From positions 35,156,001-35,220,000 of the forward strand of contig NC_058368.1 in the NCBI RefSeq assembly GCF_018350175.1: DNA of 64,000 nt. Direction: 5' to 3'. The stretch is from Felis catus (lineage: Eukaryota). The notes beneath the pieces are model-generated. The model did not search any database and was not told the DNA's origin. It worked only from the letters and a program-made list of their open reading frames with translations. A program made the position numbers and the translations under genes. Positions 49,156-61,830 of this stretch are shown here, in pieces (position 1 is the first letter of the stretch; each line of letters opens with the position of its first letter).

Positions 49156-49370
49156 TTTTTTCTTTCTTTTTAATATTTATTTATTTTGAGAGAGACATAA
49201 AGAGTATGAGCAGGGGAGAGACAGAGGGAAAGAGAGAGAGAAAATTGCAAGTAGGCTCAGCGCTGTCAATGCAGAGACTGACTTGGGGCTCAATCTCACG
49301 AACTGTGAGATCACATCCTGAGCCAAATCACGAGTCAGACACTTAACCTACTGAGCCACCCAGGCGCCCC
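49156..49370 (-). mobile_element. Can-SINE
   Basis: Full structure ending ...ctgagccacccaggcgcccc. Confidence 0.95.
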
Positions 49371-49459
49371 ACATTATTATTTTCATAGATTAAGAAAATA
49401 GATAAGCATATGGTTAAAATTGTGTGTGAATGAAAATCAAATAAACTCTGAATTATGTG

Positions 49460-51089
49460 TTTTGTTTTGTTAATCTACATCCAAATTAGTTAGCATATAG
49501 TGTAATAATCATTTCAGGAGTAGAATCCAGTGATTCATCCTCTACGTATTAATACCCAGTGCTCATCCCAACATGTTATGCTTAATGCCCCTTCCCCATT
49601 TAGCCATCCCCCCATTCACAATCCCTTCAGCAACCCTCAGTTTGCTTTCTAAGAGTCTCTTATGTTTTGTCCCCCTCCTTTTTTTATATTTTTTTGGTTT
49701 CCCTTCCCCTATGTTCATCTGCTTTGTATCTTAAATTCCACATATGAGTGAAGTCATATAATATTTGTCTTTCTCTGATTGACTAATTTTACTTAGTATA
49801 ATACCCTCTAGTTCCAACTACATTGTTGCAAATGGCAAGATTTCATTCTCTTTGATTGCTAAGTAATACTTCATTATATTTTTTTTACCACATCTTCTTT
49901 ATCCATTCATCTGTTGATGGACATTTGGGCTCTTTCCATAATTTGTCTATTGTTGATAGTGCTGCTATAAACATTGGGGTGCATGTGTCCCTTCGAAACA
50001 ACACACCTGTATCCTTTAGGTAAATATCTGGTAGCAACTTCCAGTCACAAGTTAGTTCTGTTTTTTTTTTTGAGGAAACTCCATACTGTTTTCCAGAGTA
50101 GTTGCACCAGTTTGTATCCCCACCAGTAGTGCAAAAGGGTTCCCATTTCTCCACATCCTCACCAAGATCTGTTGTTGCCTGAGTTGTTAATATTAGCTAT
50201 TCTAACTGGTGTGAGGTGGTATCTCATTATCATTTTGATTTGTATTTCCCTGATGATGAGTGATGTTGAGCATTTTTTCATGTCTTTTAGCCATCTGGAT
50301 GTCTTCTTTTGAAGAGTGTCTATTCATATCTTTTGCCCATTTCTTCAATGGATTATTTGCTTTTTAAGTGTTGAGTTTGGTAAGTTCTTTATAGATTTTG
50401 GGTACTAATCCTTTATCTGCTATGTTATTTGCAAATATCTTCTCCCATTCCATTGGTTGCCTTTTAGTTTTGCTGATTGTTTCCTTGGCTCTGCAGAAGG
50501 ACTTTACCCTTATGACATCCTAATAGTTCATTTTTGTTCTTGTTTCCCTTGTCTCTGGAGATGTGTTGAGCAAGAAGTTTCTGAGGCTGAGGTCAAAGAG
50601 GTTTTTGACTGCTTTCTCCTCTAGGATTTTGATGGCTTCCTGTCTTACATTCAGGTCTTCCACTTTGAGTTTATTTTTGTGTATGGTGTAAGAAAATGGT
50701 CCAGGTTCATTTTTCTGCATGTCACTGTCCAGTTTTCCCAACACCATTTGCTGAAGAGACTGTCTTTTTTCCATTGGATATTCTTTCCTGCTTTGTCAAA
50801 GATTAGTTGGCCATATGTATGTGGGTCCATTTCTGGGTTCTCTATTCTGTTCCATTAATCTGAATGTTTTTGTGATAGTACCATACTGTTTTGATGATTA
50901 CAGCTTTATAATACATCTTGAAGTCTGGGATTGTGATACCTCCAGCTTTGGTTTTTTTCTTCAGGATTGCTTTGGCTATTCTGAGTCTTTTCTGGTTCCA
51001 TACAAATTTGAGGATTGTTTGTTCTAGTTCTGTGATGAATGCTGGTGTTATTTTGATAGGGATTGCATTAAATATGTAGATTTCTTTGG
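49460..51089 (-). mobile_element. 5'-truncated carnivore/felid L1 (ORF2 C-terminus plus 3'UTR), about 1.63 kb
   Basis: Translates to ORF2p motifs (CTPMFIAALSTI..LWKEPKCPSTDEWIKKMW); TSD tgaattatgtg at 49449-49459 and 51090-51100; frameshifted. Confidence 0.96.
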
Positions 51090-51263
51090 TGAATTATGTG
51101 CTTTCAATGTACTAAATTTGGAAATTTGCTTGGAAATTTTCTTGATGGTTAGTAGCCTATATTGCTTACTTTTTAGTCATTGCTGCCTCTCTTTGTGTTT
51201 GATATTGATCAAATGTTGATTTCCATATTACTGAAGCATCAGTGTTTAAAAATATATATTGGT

Positions 51264-51460
51264 GGGTGTCTGGGTGGCTTAGTCAGTTGAGTGTCAGATT
51301 CTTGATTTCAGTTCAGGTCATGATCTTACGGTTTGTGGGCTTGAGCCCCACCTCAGGCTCTGCACCAACAGTGCACAGCCTGCTTGGAATATTCTCTTCC
51401 TCTCTCTCTGCCCCTTCCTTGCTTGCTCTGTCTTGCTCAAAATAAAAACAAAAACATTTT
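51264..51460 (+). mobile_element. Can-SINE
   Basis: Head gggtgtctgggtggcttagtcag; CT tract; A tail; decayed TSD. Confidence 0.94.
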
Positions 51461-52589
51461 AAAAATCTGTCTACTGGTATCAGGTATCTAATTGAAGAGA
51501 AGGTATTGTTGTAGTTCCTTAAACAGAATCTCTCGATTTTTACACAAAGGTGAAGTTGATGAGTACCAATATAACTAAAACATTTAATATTTATATCCAG
51601 ATTTGAAAAAAACAAAAAACTATCATTTGCTCTGAGTGAATACTAATAAATAATAGTATCTTTGAGCACTTATAAATTCAATGGAAAAACAAGACCTTTA
51701 CATATAGGTCAACAAAGTTTATGTGAGGTTACTGATTAAAGTTTCACAAATTCAATGCAAATATGATTGTGAGCAGTATTATACGATGGGGATATTATCC
51801 ATGGAATGATGCTCTGATGGCACATGTTTGTTTTTGTTTTTTAGCACTGAGAACTCTGCCTAAGCTGTATCACTTAGCAGCATATAATGCTATTTGAAAT
51901 GTAAATAGTGGGTGCTGTATGGGGCTACTTGTTGAATTGGACACAATCTGATTCAAGAGTAATATAATCAGTGAAATTTATGGAGCAGCAGCATAACACC
52001 CTCATAATACCGATACATTCAGTGTTATTCAGGCAGTGGTACTGTTGTGTGCTTGTTGATTACTGAAGCGAGAGGTATGCCACACATTATGTGTTACTTT
52101 GTCAGCAGCTGAAGAACATTCTAAATGCTATACCAGAGATGAAATACTAAGTCTCCTGAGCAAATCACATGACTCTCACTTTCCTAACACTTTTAACATA
52201 TGTCACAAATGGATTTCAACTATATCTCACACTTCAGATACGCTTTATAATTTTGTTTATACATTCAAGCCATACGGTGTTATGAAACAAGTTAAAAGAA
52301 CTGTACTTATTAAGACTACAGAGATAACTCCTAGGTTAAGGAAACTCTATATGGGCAAAGCAAAGGACTTGTGTCTGTTCCATTCTAGGTCTAAAGAGTG
52401 TCAAAGAATGAAGGTTTAATTTGTAGAACTTCTATATTTTAATGTTTTCACATGTGCCTTTATTCTTATTTACATAATGTTTTGAGGGTTTTTAGTACTT
52501 GGAAATAAGACCTTGTGTGTTTGAAATTCTTTGTCAACTTGTTGGAATTTAAGGGAGACTGACAACATGATCAATTGTAAGAAGTGTAT

Positions 52590-52820
52590 GTTCTTAACTG
52601 AGTGACTTTAATGTGCCAAATGCTATGCAGTTCTCAACTACTGAATCCTCATAAAAAAATTCTCTGGGTTGTATACTGTTACCTCTAATCTACATATAAG
52701 GAAACCAAGATGCCAAGTGATTGAGTGACTTGCTTGGAACCACATAATGTTGTAGAAGGATCGGAACCAGGTCTACTTTCCTGTCACGAAGCTAAGATCT
52801 TAGCCCAGGGGCTATGCCTA
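52590..52820 (-). mobile_element. MIR
   Basis: taactgagtgactttaatgtgccaaatgctatgc...tgaatcctcat...tacatataaggaaaccaag...gagtgacttgctt. Confidence 0.7.
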
Positions 52821-54829
52821 ACAATAACGTAACAAAGGTATGTGAAAGAGTATTCCATTCTAGTGCTTGCTGCTTAATATTAATTTAAAGAAGAGGATAG
52901 AAATGTCCCAACTCTTTTTTGTAACTATAATCATATAAGACTGTTTGTTTCATATTTATTGACAAAGAACTACAGAAAAAAGCATGAAAGGGGAAACAGG
53001 AAAAGTTAATCCTAGGCCCCTAACCATCTTGAGAGAGACAATACTTTGTCTAGCTTTAAGGTCTTTTGAAAACTGTAACAATGATCAAATGACACTCCAC
53101 AACCAAATTGGCAGTATCTTTCCTGGATCATCTTGTTAGTGTGCTCTTGAAGGGCATCCTGACCTATGTTGCTCCAAGTGTCCAAAAAGCATCAATTTTC
53201 TACCTTGATTTTCTCTGATTATTGACAATTTTCTCTGCTAGGGACTGTGTGGATGATGAGCCAAAACTCAATGTGATTGGCCAGGTTAACAAAGTGAGAA
53301 CAATCCAGGCAATCAGTATTCACCTCATTAGTATTGTTCTCTCTTGTAATTCATGAAAAGGTATCTTGAAATATACAAAGAAATTTTCATTATAAGATAG
53401 AAAACATTTTATTGTATGTTTCGTCTTACCCATCTTAAGGCTTGTAGTATTTAATGATAAAAGTCTAAAAGACATCTTTCTTTACCTTCATTACCAAGTC
53501 CTTTTCTAATGTGTTTTTTTGTTTTTGGTTTTGTTTTTGTTTTGTTTTGTTTTCTTATCCTTTGCTGCTTAGAAGTAGCAGTTTTAACTGCATCAAGCAA
53601 CATAGATAATTATTCAATATTTTAAATCTCTTTGCTTATAAATTGCTTATCCACAGAAAAATGAGCAACCATAAAAATCTTGGAAAAATAATTTTAAAGG
53701 CATAGGCTCCAATTTATTTTAGCATATTATTGTCAATAAAATGAAAAGTTAGGCTTATAACTTTGAACAACTACTAGGAAATCCTGTCATTTGATAACAA
53801 CAAAAGGTGTTCATTTCATTATAAATTTTCTAACATTGGCAAGGACCATAGCCTTAAAATAGTGTTGAGTTTGGAAAATGGCCAAGAATGCATTTTAAAA
53901 CTATAGGAACATAAAATCTAAAAATAGATAATAAAGCTTAATGTAGACTAATGCTTGAATATGTAGTCAAGCTGGTAAACTGTGTCTCTGATAAAAAACG
54001 TCATTATTCATAAAATGGCTGCATAAGTCAGATCAAAGTAGCAGTAGATAGATTGTACTATATAAATTCTTAAAACCAGTGAATTTCCATTGGCAATTAA
54101 AGCCAAGCTTATTCTGCCTACAAAAGAACATTAAAAAGGGCATACTTCTAGGTGTCACCAATGTGATCTATTGTTCTTCAAAAATGCAATCGCATGTCAG
54201 CTTTAATACTCAGCAAAAATGTCTGCATACATTGTTTAGTTATACCTGTTCAGATGTTACCTTAAAAGATTCAGGGAATAATAAATAATGAAAAAAGAAA
54301 ATATTACACATAAGAGGTCTTCAAAAGAACTATTATCTAAAAATTCTGTTGAAATAATTTTTTTATTTCCTTACTGTATTTTAAAAATTATGTAACTTTT
54401 TTTTCTCTCAACTGCAGAGCCAGTCTATCAGATTGAATGTTAAGCCAAGTATTAGAATGTCTCTATTTTTATCATGATTGCTATTTATAATCTTTTCATG
54501 AGATTAATTCATCTTTTATTGTATTATACACAAAATTATGTGGATAATATTTGTGAAAATTATTTTTTCTATCCTAATTTATAAAATAATGATACCTAGA
54601 ATTTTCAAGAATCTTTGTAAGTAGGTGAAATTTATAATTTTATTTGACTATTTTAATTATTTTGGAAGCAATATTTTGAAGATAGCAAGTTAAATTTTAG
54701 GGATATATTTTGACAGCGTGTTGTAAGAAATAATCCTTGGAAAAAAACATTTGTTTGCTTGCCAGTGTTACTACATGAATTGAAAGCTGTTTGAAAATTA
54801 CTGAAGAGTAGTGACAAGTAACAGTTTAT

Positions 54830-55075
54830 GGAGTTGACTGACGGTTCTTATGTGTATCACTGGGACCCATGTTAGGTCCAGTCAGGCTCTTTTAACAGTT
54901 TCATCAATAATCAGAAGGAAAGAAAAGATAACATGTTGATTAAATCCCTGGAGCCACTGAATCCAAGAATCAATCTATAAAAAGTATCAGTCCAAAGTAC
55001 TTAGTTCAAATATGATCAAAAATAAACTTTAAAACAAAAGAACACTACAAAATTTGTATTTCAACAAAAAGGTCA
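54830..55075 (+). mobile_element. L3/CR1 RT fragment
   Basis: ggacccatgttaggtccagtc...tttaacagtttcatcaataat resembles CR1 GSVLGPVLFNIFIND. Confidence 0.5.
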
Positions 55076-55104
55076 TGGAATAATGTTTAAAATGTATTCC
55101 GCAA

Positions 55105-55280
55105 GAGGCGCCTGGGTGACTCGGTTAAGTGTCCAACTCTTGATTTCAGCTCAGGTCAAGATCTCATGTGCTGACAGGGTGGAGCCTGCTTGGGATCTTC
55201 TCTCTTTCTCTCTCTCTGCCCATCCCCCACCCACTCTCTCTCGCTTGCTCTATCTCTCAAAATAAATAAACTTGAAAACA
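55105..55280 (+). mobile_element. Can-SINE with internal deletion of the B-box region
   Basis: ...caggtcaagatctcatg|tgctgacagggtggagcc; decayed TSD aatgtattcc/aatgtatact. Confidence 0.9.
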
Positions 55281-57049
55281 ATGTATACTTCAAAGATACC
55301 ATTTCCTAAACTATGAAGAAAATTAGACAAAGCAACTCTTTGCCTAAATTTCATCAATATGCTTCATTTTTTATTTGTCTATAGAGATAAAAACAAAAAA
55401 AAATTATAAAGGTGTACAGAGCACTAACAGGCAAATAAATCCCACCTTGGACTATGAAAGTACTTTGCCCTTGACTGCCTGCTTTTTCTTAGAGCTAAAC
55501 ACTTTGAACTCTCATAGCAATGTCAGCTTTGCTTCACTCTTCAAAGAACAACCCTGACAATAGTTTATGGATCCAGAAGGAGCTCTGTCCAGGTCTCTAG
55601 AACCAGATGGACAGCCCAGATTCCCGCTGTTCATCTGGGTCCAGCCCTGCAGCGCACTTGTGTAACTGAGTTTACCTTGAAGTTCTTTCCCACCTTTCTT
55701 CCTGAGTCTGTCATCTTCCTGAGTCTAACTTGAAGCTCTTTCCCACCTTTCTCCCCTGTGCTGGCTTTAGTGCCATCTTTGTAATGTTGTTGGTCCTCCA
55801 GTGCCTGTGCCATGACATTTCCCTTCTTCTTACTAGCCATTCATCTTTGTCTCACCTGGGAACTGAAAACTTCTGTTTCTAAATCCCAAATTCTGCTTTC
55901 ATGATAACAGATACCTCTGACACTCCTTACCTGGCTGTCTACCTGCTTCCCTGAGTATCAATATATTGAGCTTCTTCGGCATTCTATTTTTCTGTATTCT
56001 ATCTCCTTGCTTGCTGGAATACCTTATTATTCAATCTTTCTAATAGCAACAGTTTGCTACCACAAATGATGAGTAATATGCACATAGCTGTAATTAATAA
56101 ACAAAATTACAAAGAAACAGAATGCTTCTCTAATTTTAATACAAAGTTACTAGTGTGAAGTTTATTTCACAATTATCACTAATAGTACATGTGAATGTAA
56201 AATAAAATATCCACATTAAAGAAAAATAATTCGAAATGAATGTAGCATATTTATTTGCTATTAGACAAATCTCATTTACTAATTTCATTAAGGGAATACA
56301 TCATTGCTTTTTTATTGTCTTAATCTGAACTAATCCTCTAAATATTCTAGATTTTTCTTTAGTGCAATTTTCCATCACATTCAAGTTTTTAAAAAAATAA
56401 CAATTGGAATTCTGCACTCAGTAAAATGCTATGTATCAGTGCTATTTTTTATGATGATGATTTAATAGTAATAATTCTGCTTGTTGAAAAATAAAGCAGA
56501 AAAAATATTACACCGCTCATCAGTTCATGCTCCACATAATAATGCCTGACATTTACACTTAACTCTCACACTTCAGCCATGCACAACTACCTGAAGAGAC
56601 TATTTCTGGCCCTAGCATAAAGTACAAAAGACACAGTCAGTTCTCTATTAAGCTCTATTCTTGGCACTCTTTGCCAATGATCAGATGCTTCATGAGGCCA
56701 ATCTTCTTCCCTTCCCAGACATACAATTTCATCCTTGAACTTTTGTTTCCATATCTATCTAAGGAATCCCTGCTCTCTGACTTCTAATATTCTCAATTTT
56801 TGTATCCAGTGGTGTGTTAGTAAATATTTAATAACCATCTCTCCAAGGGGAGTAAAACCCTAATTTATAGCATTTACCAACTTTAACCAGAAATTTCCAC
56901 CATGGATATGTACCTCCTAGATGGAGCTGTCCAACTCTCCTTCATTACACTGGACTCTCAAAAGATGACAATGAATCCCAGCAATGTAGTCCCAACCTCC
57001 CAAAACTTTTCCTTTGAAGGTTAACAGTCTACCCGAAGACAGCTAATCT

Positions 57050-58260
57050 TGAAGACACCCTCGATTCCTCACATTAAATTCTTTTAAATTCATTTCTTTA
57101 ATAGTGACAGAACTACCAAGTCAGCTCACCGCTGTTAACTTTAACTTGGCTTTTGCTTCATGAGACATTCTTTACATCTCTTTCTTTTTAAACATTGTTT
57201 GACCTCTTACAACTGTGCTCTCTAGGTTTCTGTGATCCAACACTTTTTATGGTTCACACTGTATCTCACTATTATCCTTTCTTTGTTTCCACCAGGGCTT
57301 TCTCTTCCTTGTCTACCTTTTAAAGGCTGATTTTCTAAGCATTTCTTTTTTGGCCCTTTACTCATCTCACTCTACATATGTCATCGGATTTATGTATTCC
57401 CCCAAAGCAGTAGCTCTTAAAGTTTTAATCAACTTATATGTCTCTTCTATTTAGACTTTTTCATGAATGTTTATAGTAACATTATTCACAATCACCAAAA
57501 ACTGGAAATAACACACATATCAGTGACTAAATAAGCAAATTGCAATCTAACTATACAATGGACTACTACCCAGAAGTAAAATAAAACAAAATATGGAACA
57601 TCATCCACGGGTCTCAAAAGCATCATGTTAAGTGAAAGCAGTGAGACACAAAAAGGTATAAACTGTATGATTCTATTTTTATGACATTATGGTACAATAA
57701 AAAAGTTTAGGGACAGAAAACAACTTAGTGTTTTCCAGATGCTGGATATCTATGAAAGATTTACTGAAAAAGGACATGAGGGAACACATGGGGTTACGAT
57801 GTGTTCTGTAACTTGATTCTGGTAGTGAATCATATATATTTGTCAAGATTTATGGATAGGCACTCCCAAAAAATTACCTTTATTTCATGTAAATTATACC
57901 TTAAAAACACTGATGTTAAAAAAATCAATGTAACAAACACAGAATTCATTATCTTCCCATCCCCAATTTTTTGCCCTATACCTGTATTTTAAATGTCAAT
58001 TATACCAGTTACCCAGTTACATAAGGAGGTCATTTTTGATTCTTCTCCCTTCTTAACATTCTATATCTACTCCGTCACCAACTCCTGACAACCTAAATCT
58101 CTAAAATATGTCTTCAAGTTTCTTCCCTCCTTAGAGCAAATGACCAACTATAGACCGTCATCTTCTCTCACTTAACTAAAACAAAATTCTATTGAAGTCA
58201 CCTTTGGATATCACAACTCTCCATTCCTCCTTTCATCACTAGGAATTATTCTTGTATTTA
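57050..58260 (+). mobile_element. L2 fragment split by an L1ME
   Basis: tctctaggtttctgtgatccaacact...ggccctttactcatctcactctaca before; aacacagaattcattatcttccc...gtcatttttgattcttctcccttc after. Confidence 0.65.
57460..57925 (+). mobile_element. L1ME1/L1MD-type 3' end
   Basis: gaatgtttatagtaacattattcacaatcaccaaaaactggaaa...tctcaaaagcatcatgttaagtgaaag...atgtaaattatacctt plus A tail. Confidence 0.85.
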
Positions 58261-58699
58261 ACACTTGGACTCATTCTTATATAAGCTGGCACAATTCACT
58301 GTCCTTTTCCGTGACAAAACCTTTGTTAAAATTTTCATATCTGTATTTATTAATATTATCGTGAATGCACACATAAGGTTTCTGAAGCAGAACAGATTAC
58401 TATGTACTTACAACAAATAATAAATATATAGTTCTCCTGTGTCCCAATTTTTACCTCTGGGGAAATGTGAAAGCTAGGTATCATCTTCCTTATAGGGCAT
58501 TAGTATTATAGGTGAATAACTCAAAAACATAAATCCAGGCATTTATATAAGAGAAAGATACCCTCTTCCCTCCTCTCCCAAGAAAGTTTCCTTAGAAATG
58601 TAACAGAAAGAATCCTGGATCCTAACCTTTTGGAATGTAAATACATTCTCCAGGGGAAAGGTAGGGCCAGTATATCTAGTTCCATCCCCTCTTAAAATA

Positions 58700-59975
58700 G
58701 AAACACATGCCTCCAGGGAGGTAAATCTCTCTGGATGATTTCTCACTATCTACTCACTCATAATTTAACTTCCAAGTTTGTCTTTTATCTCGGATCCCAA
58801 GTGTCAGTAAAATTTGCTCAGAGAGCTCTAACTGCGCAGAAACATAAGATATCTTCTCTATTCCCCTGTTGCTCTGTAACCCTCAGTACAGGATCAGCAG
58901 ACTTCTCCAAATTCTCACTCTTCCCTCTGAATAATCCCTACATCTTCCTTATTTAAATTTAATCTGGATATTCTTTGAAGTTCCTATTTCTCCATTAACC
59001 CTTTCAAGTAGAGGATGTTCTTTCTCTTGGTTGCAGCAAGGAGATAGAATACCTGTCCTTCTTGCTCTCCTGCTATTTCCAGATCATTTTTCCCCTTCCT
59101 GCCTGCAAAATTCTGCTCCACTGAAGTACAAGCCATTTCAGCCATTTCAACAGTTTTCTACATTACTGTTTCTACCTCCTCTTTCACTAAAAATTTTAGC
59201 CTTTCCATAGCTCCTTCTGTTATCATTCTCCAACACAAAACAACCAAATCTCCTTTTTAGGTACCAGAGAAACCATAGTAAAGAATCAAATCTAATACAA
59301 ATCTTGAACCTACTCACTGCCAATGTTCCTACTGGGGCCCAAGTGACTTTCATAATTTTCCTACAATTCTGAAATAACTCCCATACTGGTCTCTGTTCTT
59401 CCACTTTAACCCTCGCCAAATCATACTCCACACAGAAGCTAAAATGTCATTTACTGCACTGCCTAAATGACTGTCCCTTACACAGACAACTTAATATAAA
59501 TTTGTCACCACAAACTAAACCTGCATGACTCGGCCCTGATCACCTTCCTCCTTAGTACAAGACATTTGCTATCTGGCTCTCCAGCTCCCCACTCACTATG
59601 CCACAGGTTACAATGGTCTTTCAGTTCCTAGAGCACAATAACCTCTTTCCCTCTGCTGGTCTTTGGGCTCGCTGTTCTCTGTGAATATGTTTTTCCTTTG
59701 GATTTTTGTCCTTCTATTATAAGATTAGATATTTCCTCTTTCAAAAGACCTTTTGTAAGGAAGTCTCTATCCCTCCCTATTATTCCCAATAACAAGATAT
59801 TCTGTATTCCTTTCATTGAACTTATAATAACATATAATTTCACTTACATATCATCACTTGTTTCTTATTTTTCTCCCCATGAAAATGCAAGTCCCATGAA
59901 GGCAGATGGGCATGCCAATAGCTGCAGCACATCAATTAGAATATAGTGGCCCTCAATGATCAAATATCTATGAAC
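58700..59975 (+). mobile_element. L2 remnant including the 3' end
   Basis: Pyrimidine-rich L2 text; tgaaataactcccatactggtctctgttcttccact...aaatgcaagtcccatgaaggcag...atatagtggccctcaat. Confidence 0.65.
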
Positions 59976-59976
59976 A

Positions 59977-60165
59977 GGGGTACCTGGGTGGCGCAGTCAG
60001 TTGAGCGTCTGAGTTCAGCTCAGATCATGATCTCACAGTTTGTGAGTTCGAGCCCTGTGTCGGGCTCTGTGCTGACAGCTCAGAGCCTGGGGCCTGCTTC
60101 GGATTCTGTGTCTCCCTCTCTGCCCCTCCCCAACTTGTGCTCACTCTATCAAAAAAAAAAAAAAA
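59977..60165 (+). mobile_element. Can-SINE (SINEC_Fc type)
   Basis: TSD atctatgaaca (59966-59976) / atctacgaaca (60166-60176); pure A tail. Confidence 0.96.
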
Positions 60166-60417
60166 ATCTACGAACACATACTATTTTAAAAATTATTCCC
60201 AAAATTCAATCACTTTTTAACCTCACCACATCTCAAAGGTGGAACACATTTTCACCTATGCTAAAAATCTTTAACTAGACAGGAGAGCAAAAGGTGATGT
60301 CCTATTTGTCACATGTCTAATTTAAACCTAGATATGTAGAGGCATAGGTAATTTGAAATAAATCCCCTAAGTAATTCTGAACCATCACCTCCTACCTCTA
60401 TCCCCACAATATCTCAC

Positions 60418-60493
60418 TGATATTGTGTGCCCAGAAATTCTAGGCAAAATTTCTGTGTGATATTGTGTGCCCAGAAATTCTAGGCCAAAATTT
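60418..60493. repeat. Tandem duplication with a 40-bp period
   Basis: tgatattgtgtgcccagaaattctaggc is identical at 60418-60445 and 60458-60485. Confidence 0.95.
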
Positions 60494-61000
60494 GACTTTG
60501 TTGCTTTCCTGTTGAAGACCCATAGGTGATTCTTTAAGATGGCACATGTAGCTATCAATGATCAGATCTATGTTCATATCACCAATTTCAAGTCACTACT
60601 CCCTGCTTCATACAGTACCTTACAGCATTATATAACTGTTTTCAGTATACACACACCCCTTCATTAATTTAATGGCTCTGAGTAGTTAAACCTAACAATC
60701 ATTTGCTTTTGATTTTCAGATAATTTGTGTCAGTTTTCCCAAATAGTCATGTTAAGAGTATTTTATTCACTGACTTATGAATTACTCATAGCCACTCTAA
60801 AACAATGGTTTTCTCAGTTACCATACCTATCTCCATCTCATTTTACCTCACTGAAGGATTATGTTATTCCTTACAAGTGTAGGTAGTGGAAAAAATGGGT
60901 AATTTGAAAAATCTCACTTGTAAATGGTCACTGTTATGCCCTACTTAAAATCACAAATACAGACCCAAACTTAATGGACACTGATATATTGAGACAAAGT

Positions 61001-61009
<9 letters not shown>

Positions 61010-61037
<28 letters not shown>
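61010..61037 (+). repeat. poly(A) run of about 28 nt
   Basis: Direct reading. Confidence 0.9.
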
Positions 61038-61041
<4 letters not shown>

Positions 61042-61830
61042 TTAGCATCAAGAGTTGAATTTACTAATTACTTTTATCTGGCCAGCTAAATTTTCCTTCC
61101 AAATTAGTTTACCTTAAGTAGCTGTTCTTCTGCTTTCCATCATCTACCAAGATTAATTTATTAATTATACAAATATTTATAGAATGTCTATAATGTGAGA
61201 CAATTATGCTGTGTGCTGGTGATACAAATGATGAGCAAAAAGTACACAGTCCCTATTCTCAGTGAGCCTAAAGCATGTTAGAGGAGTCATATATTAATCA
61301 AATAATCACAGTGATGACATGTAATTAGGAATTGAGATAGGTGTACTGAGGGAAATAATCACAGTTCTGTGAGGGAATATATATCACATATATCTGATTT
61401 ATACTGGGAATCAAGGAAAGCTTCCTGAAATACAATTGGCTATGGTTTTAAGAATAAATGAATTAACAAACAAAGGGAAAGGAGGAAGGAAATGTTCCTG
61501 ACAAGAGAAAAACAGAGTTCCTGGTATGGAAATGAGCAAGCAGATCCCAAAGATTCAAGGTCAATGTAGTGAAAAGTAGAGACCAAAAAGGGAGGTCAGA
61601 GACTGTAGGAGTAGCAAGAAGCCAACTACCAGGCCCATTTTAAGGATTGTGGTCTTTATCTTCTTTTTTTCTAGGATCAATAATATCAAATTGAAATTTT
61701 TTAAGCTTGGTGGGTACCTCATGATTGATATTTTGAAATATCTGGCTGCTATAGAAAGACTATATGACAGAGGAAAAGATAGGATATGAGGAGTTTTTAG
61801 TCATTTTTTAGTCAGTTCTATTTTCTAGGC

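Noticed and set aside
49885..50774. ORFs with clear protein similarity
   Set aside because: Frameshifted fragments of L1 ORF2p in a 5'-truncated copy, not a host gene.
51805..51850. Possible C/D box snoRNA (atgatgc...ctga)
   Set aside because: C box is mismatched, the span is too short and there is no terminal stem.
60418..60493. Repeat-spacer-repeat resembling a CRISPR unit
   Set aside because: Only two copies with a 12-bp spacer, in a mammalian genome with no cas genes.
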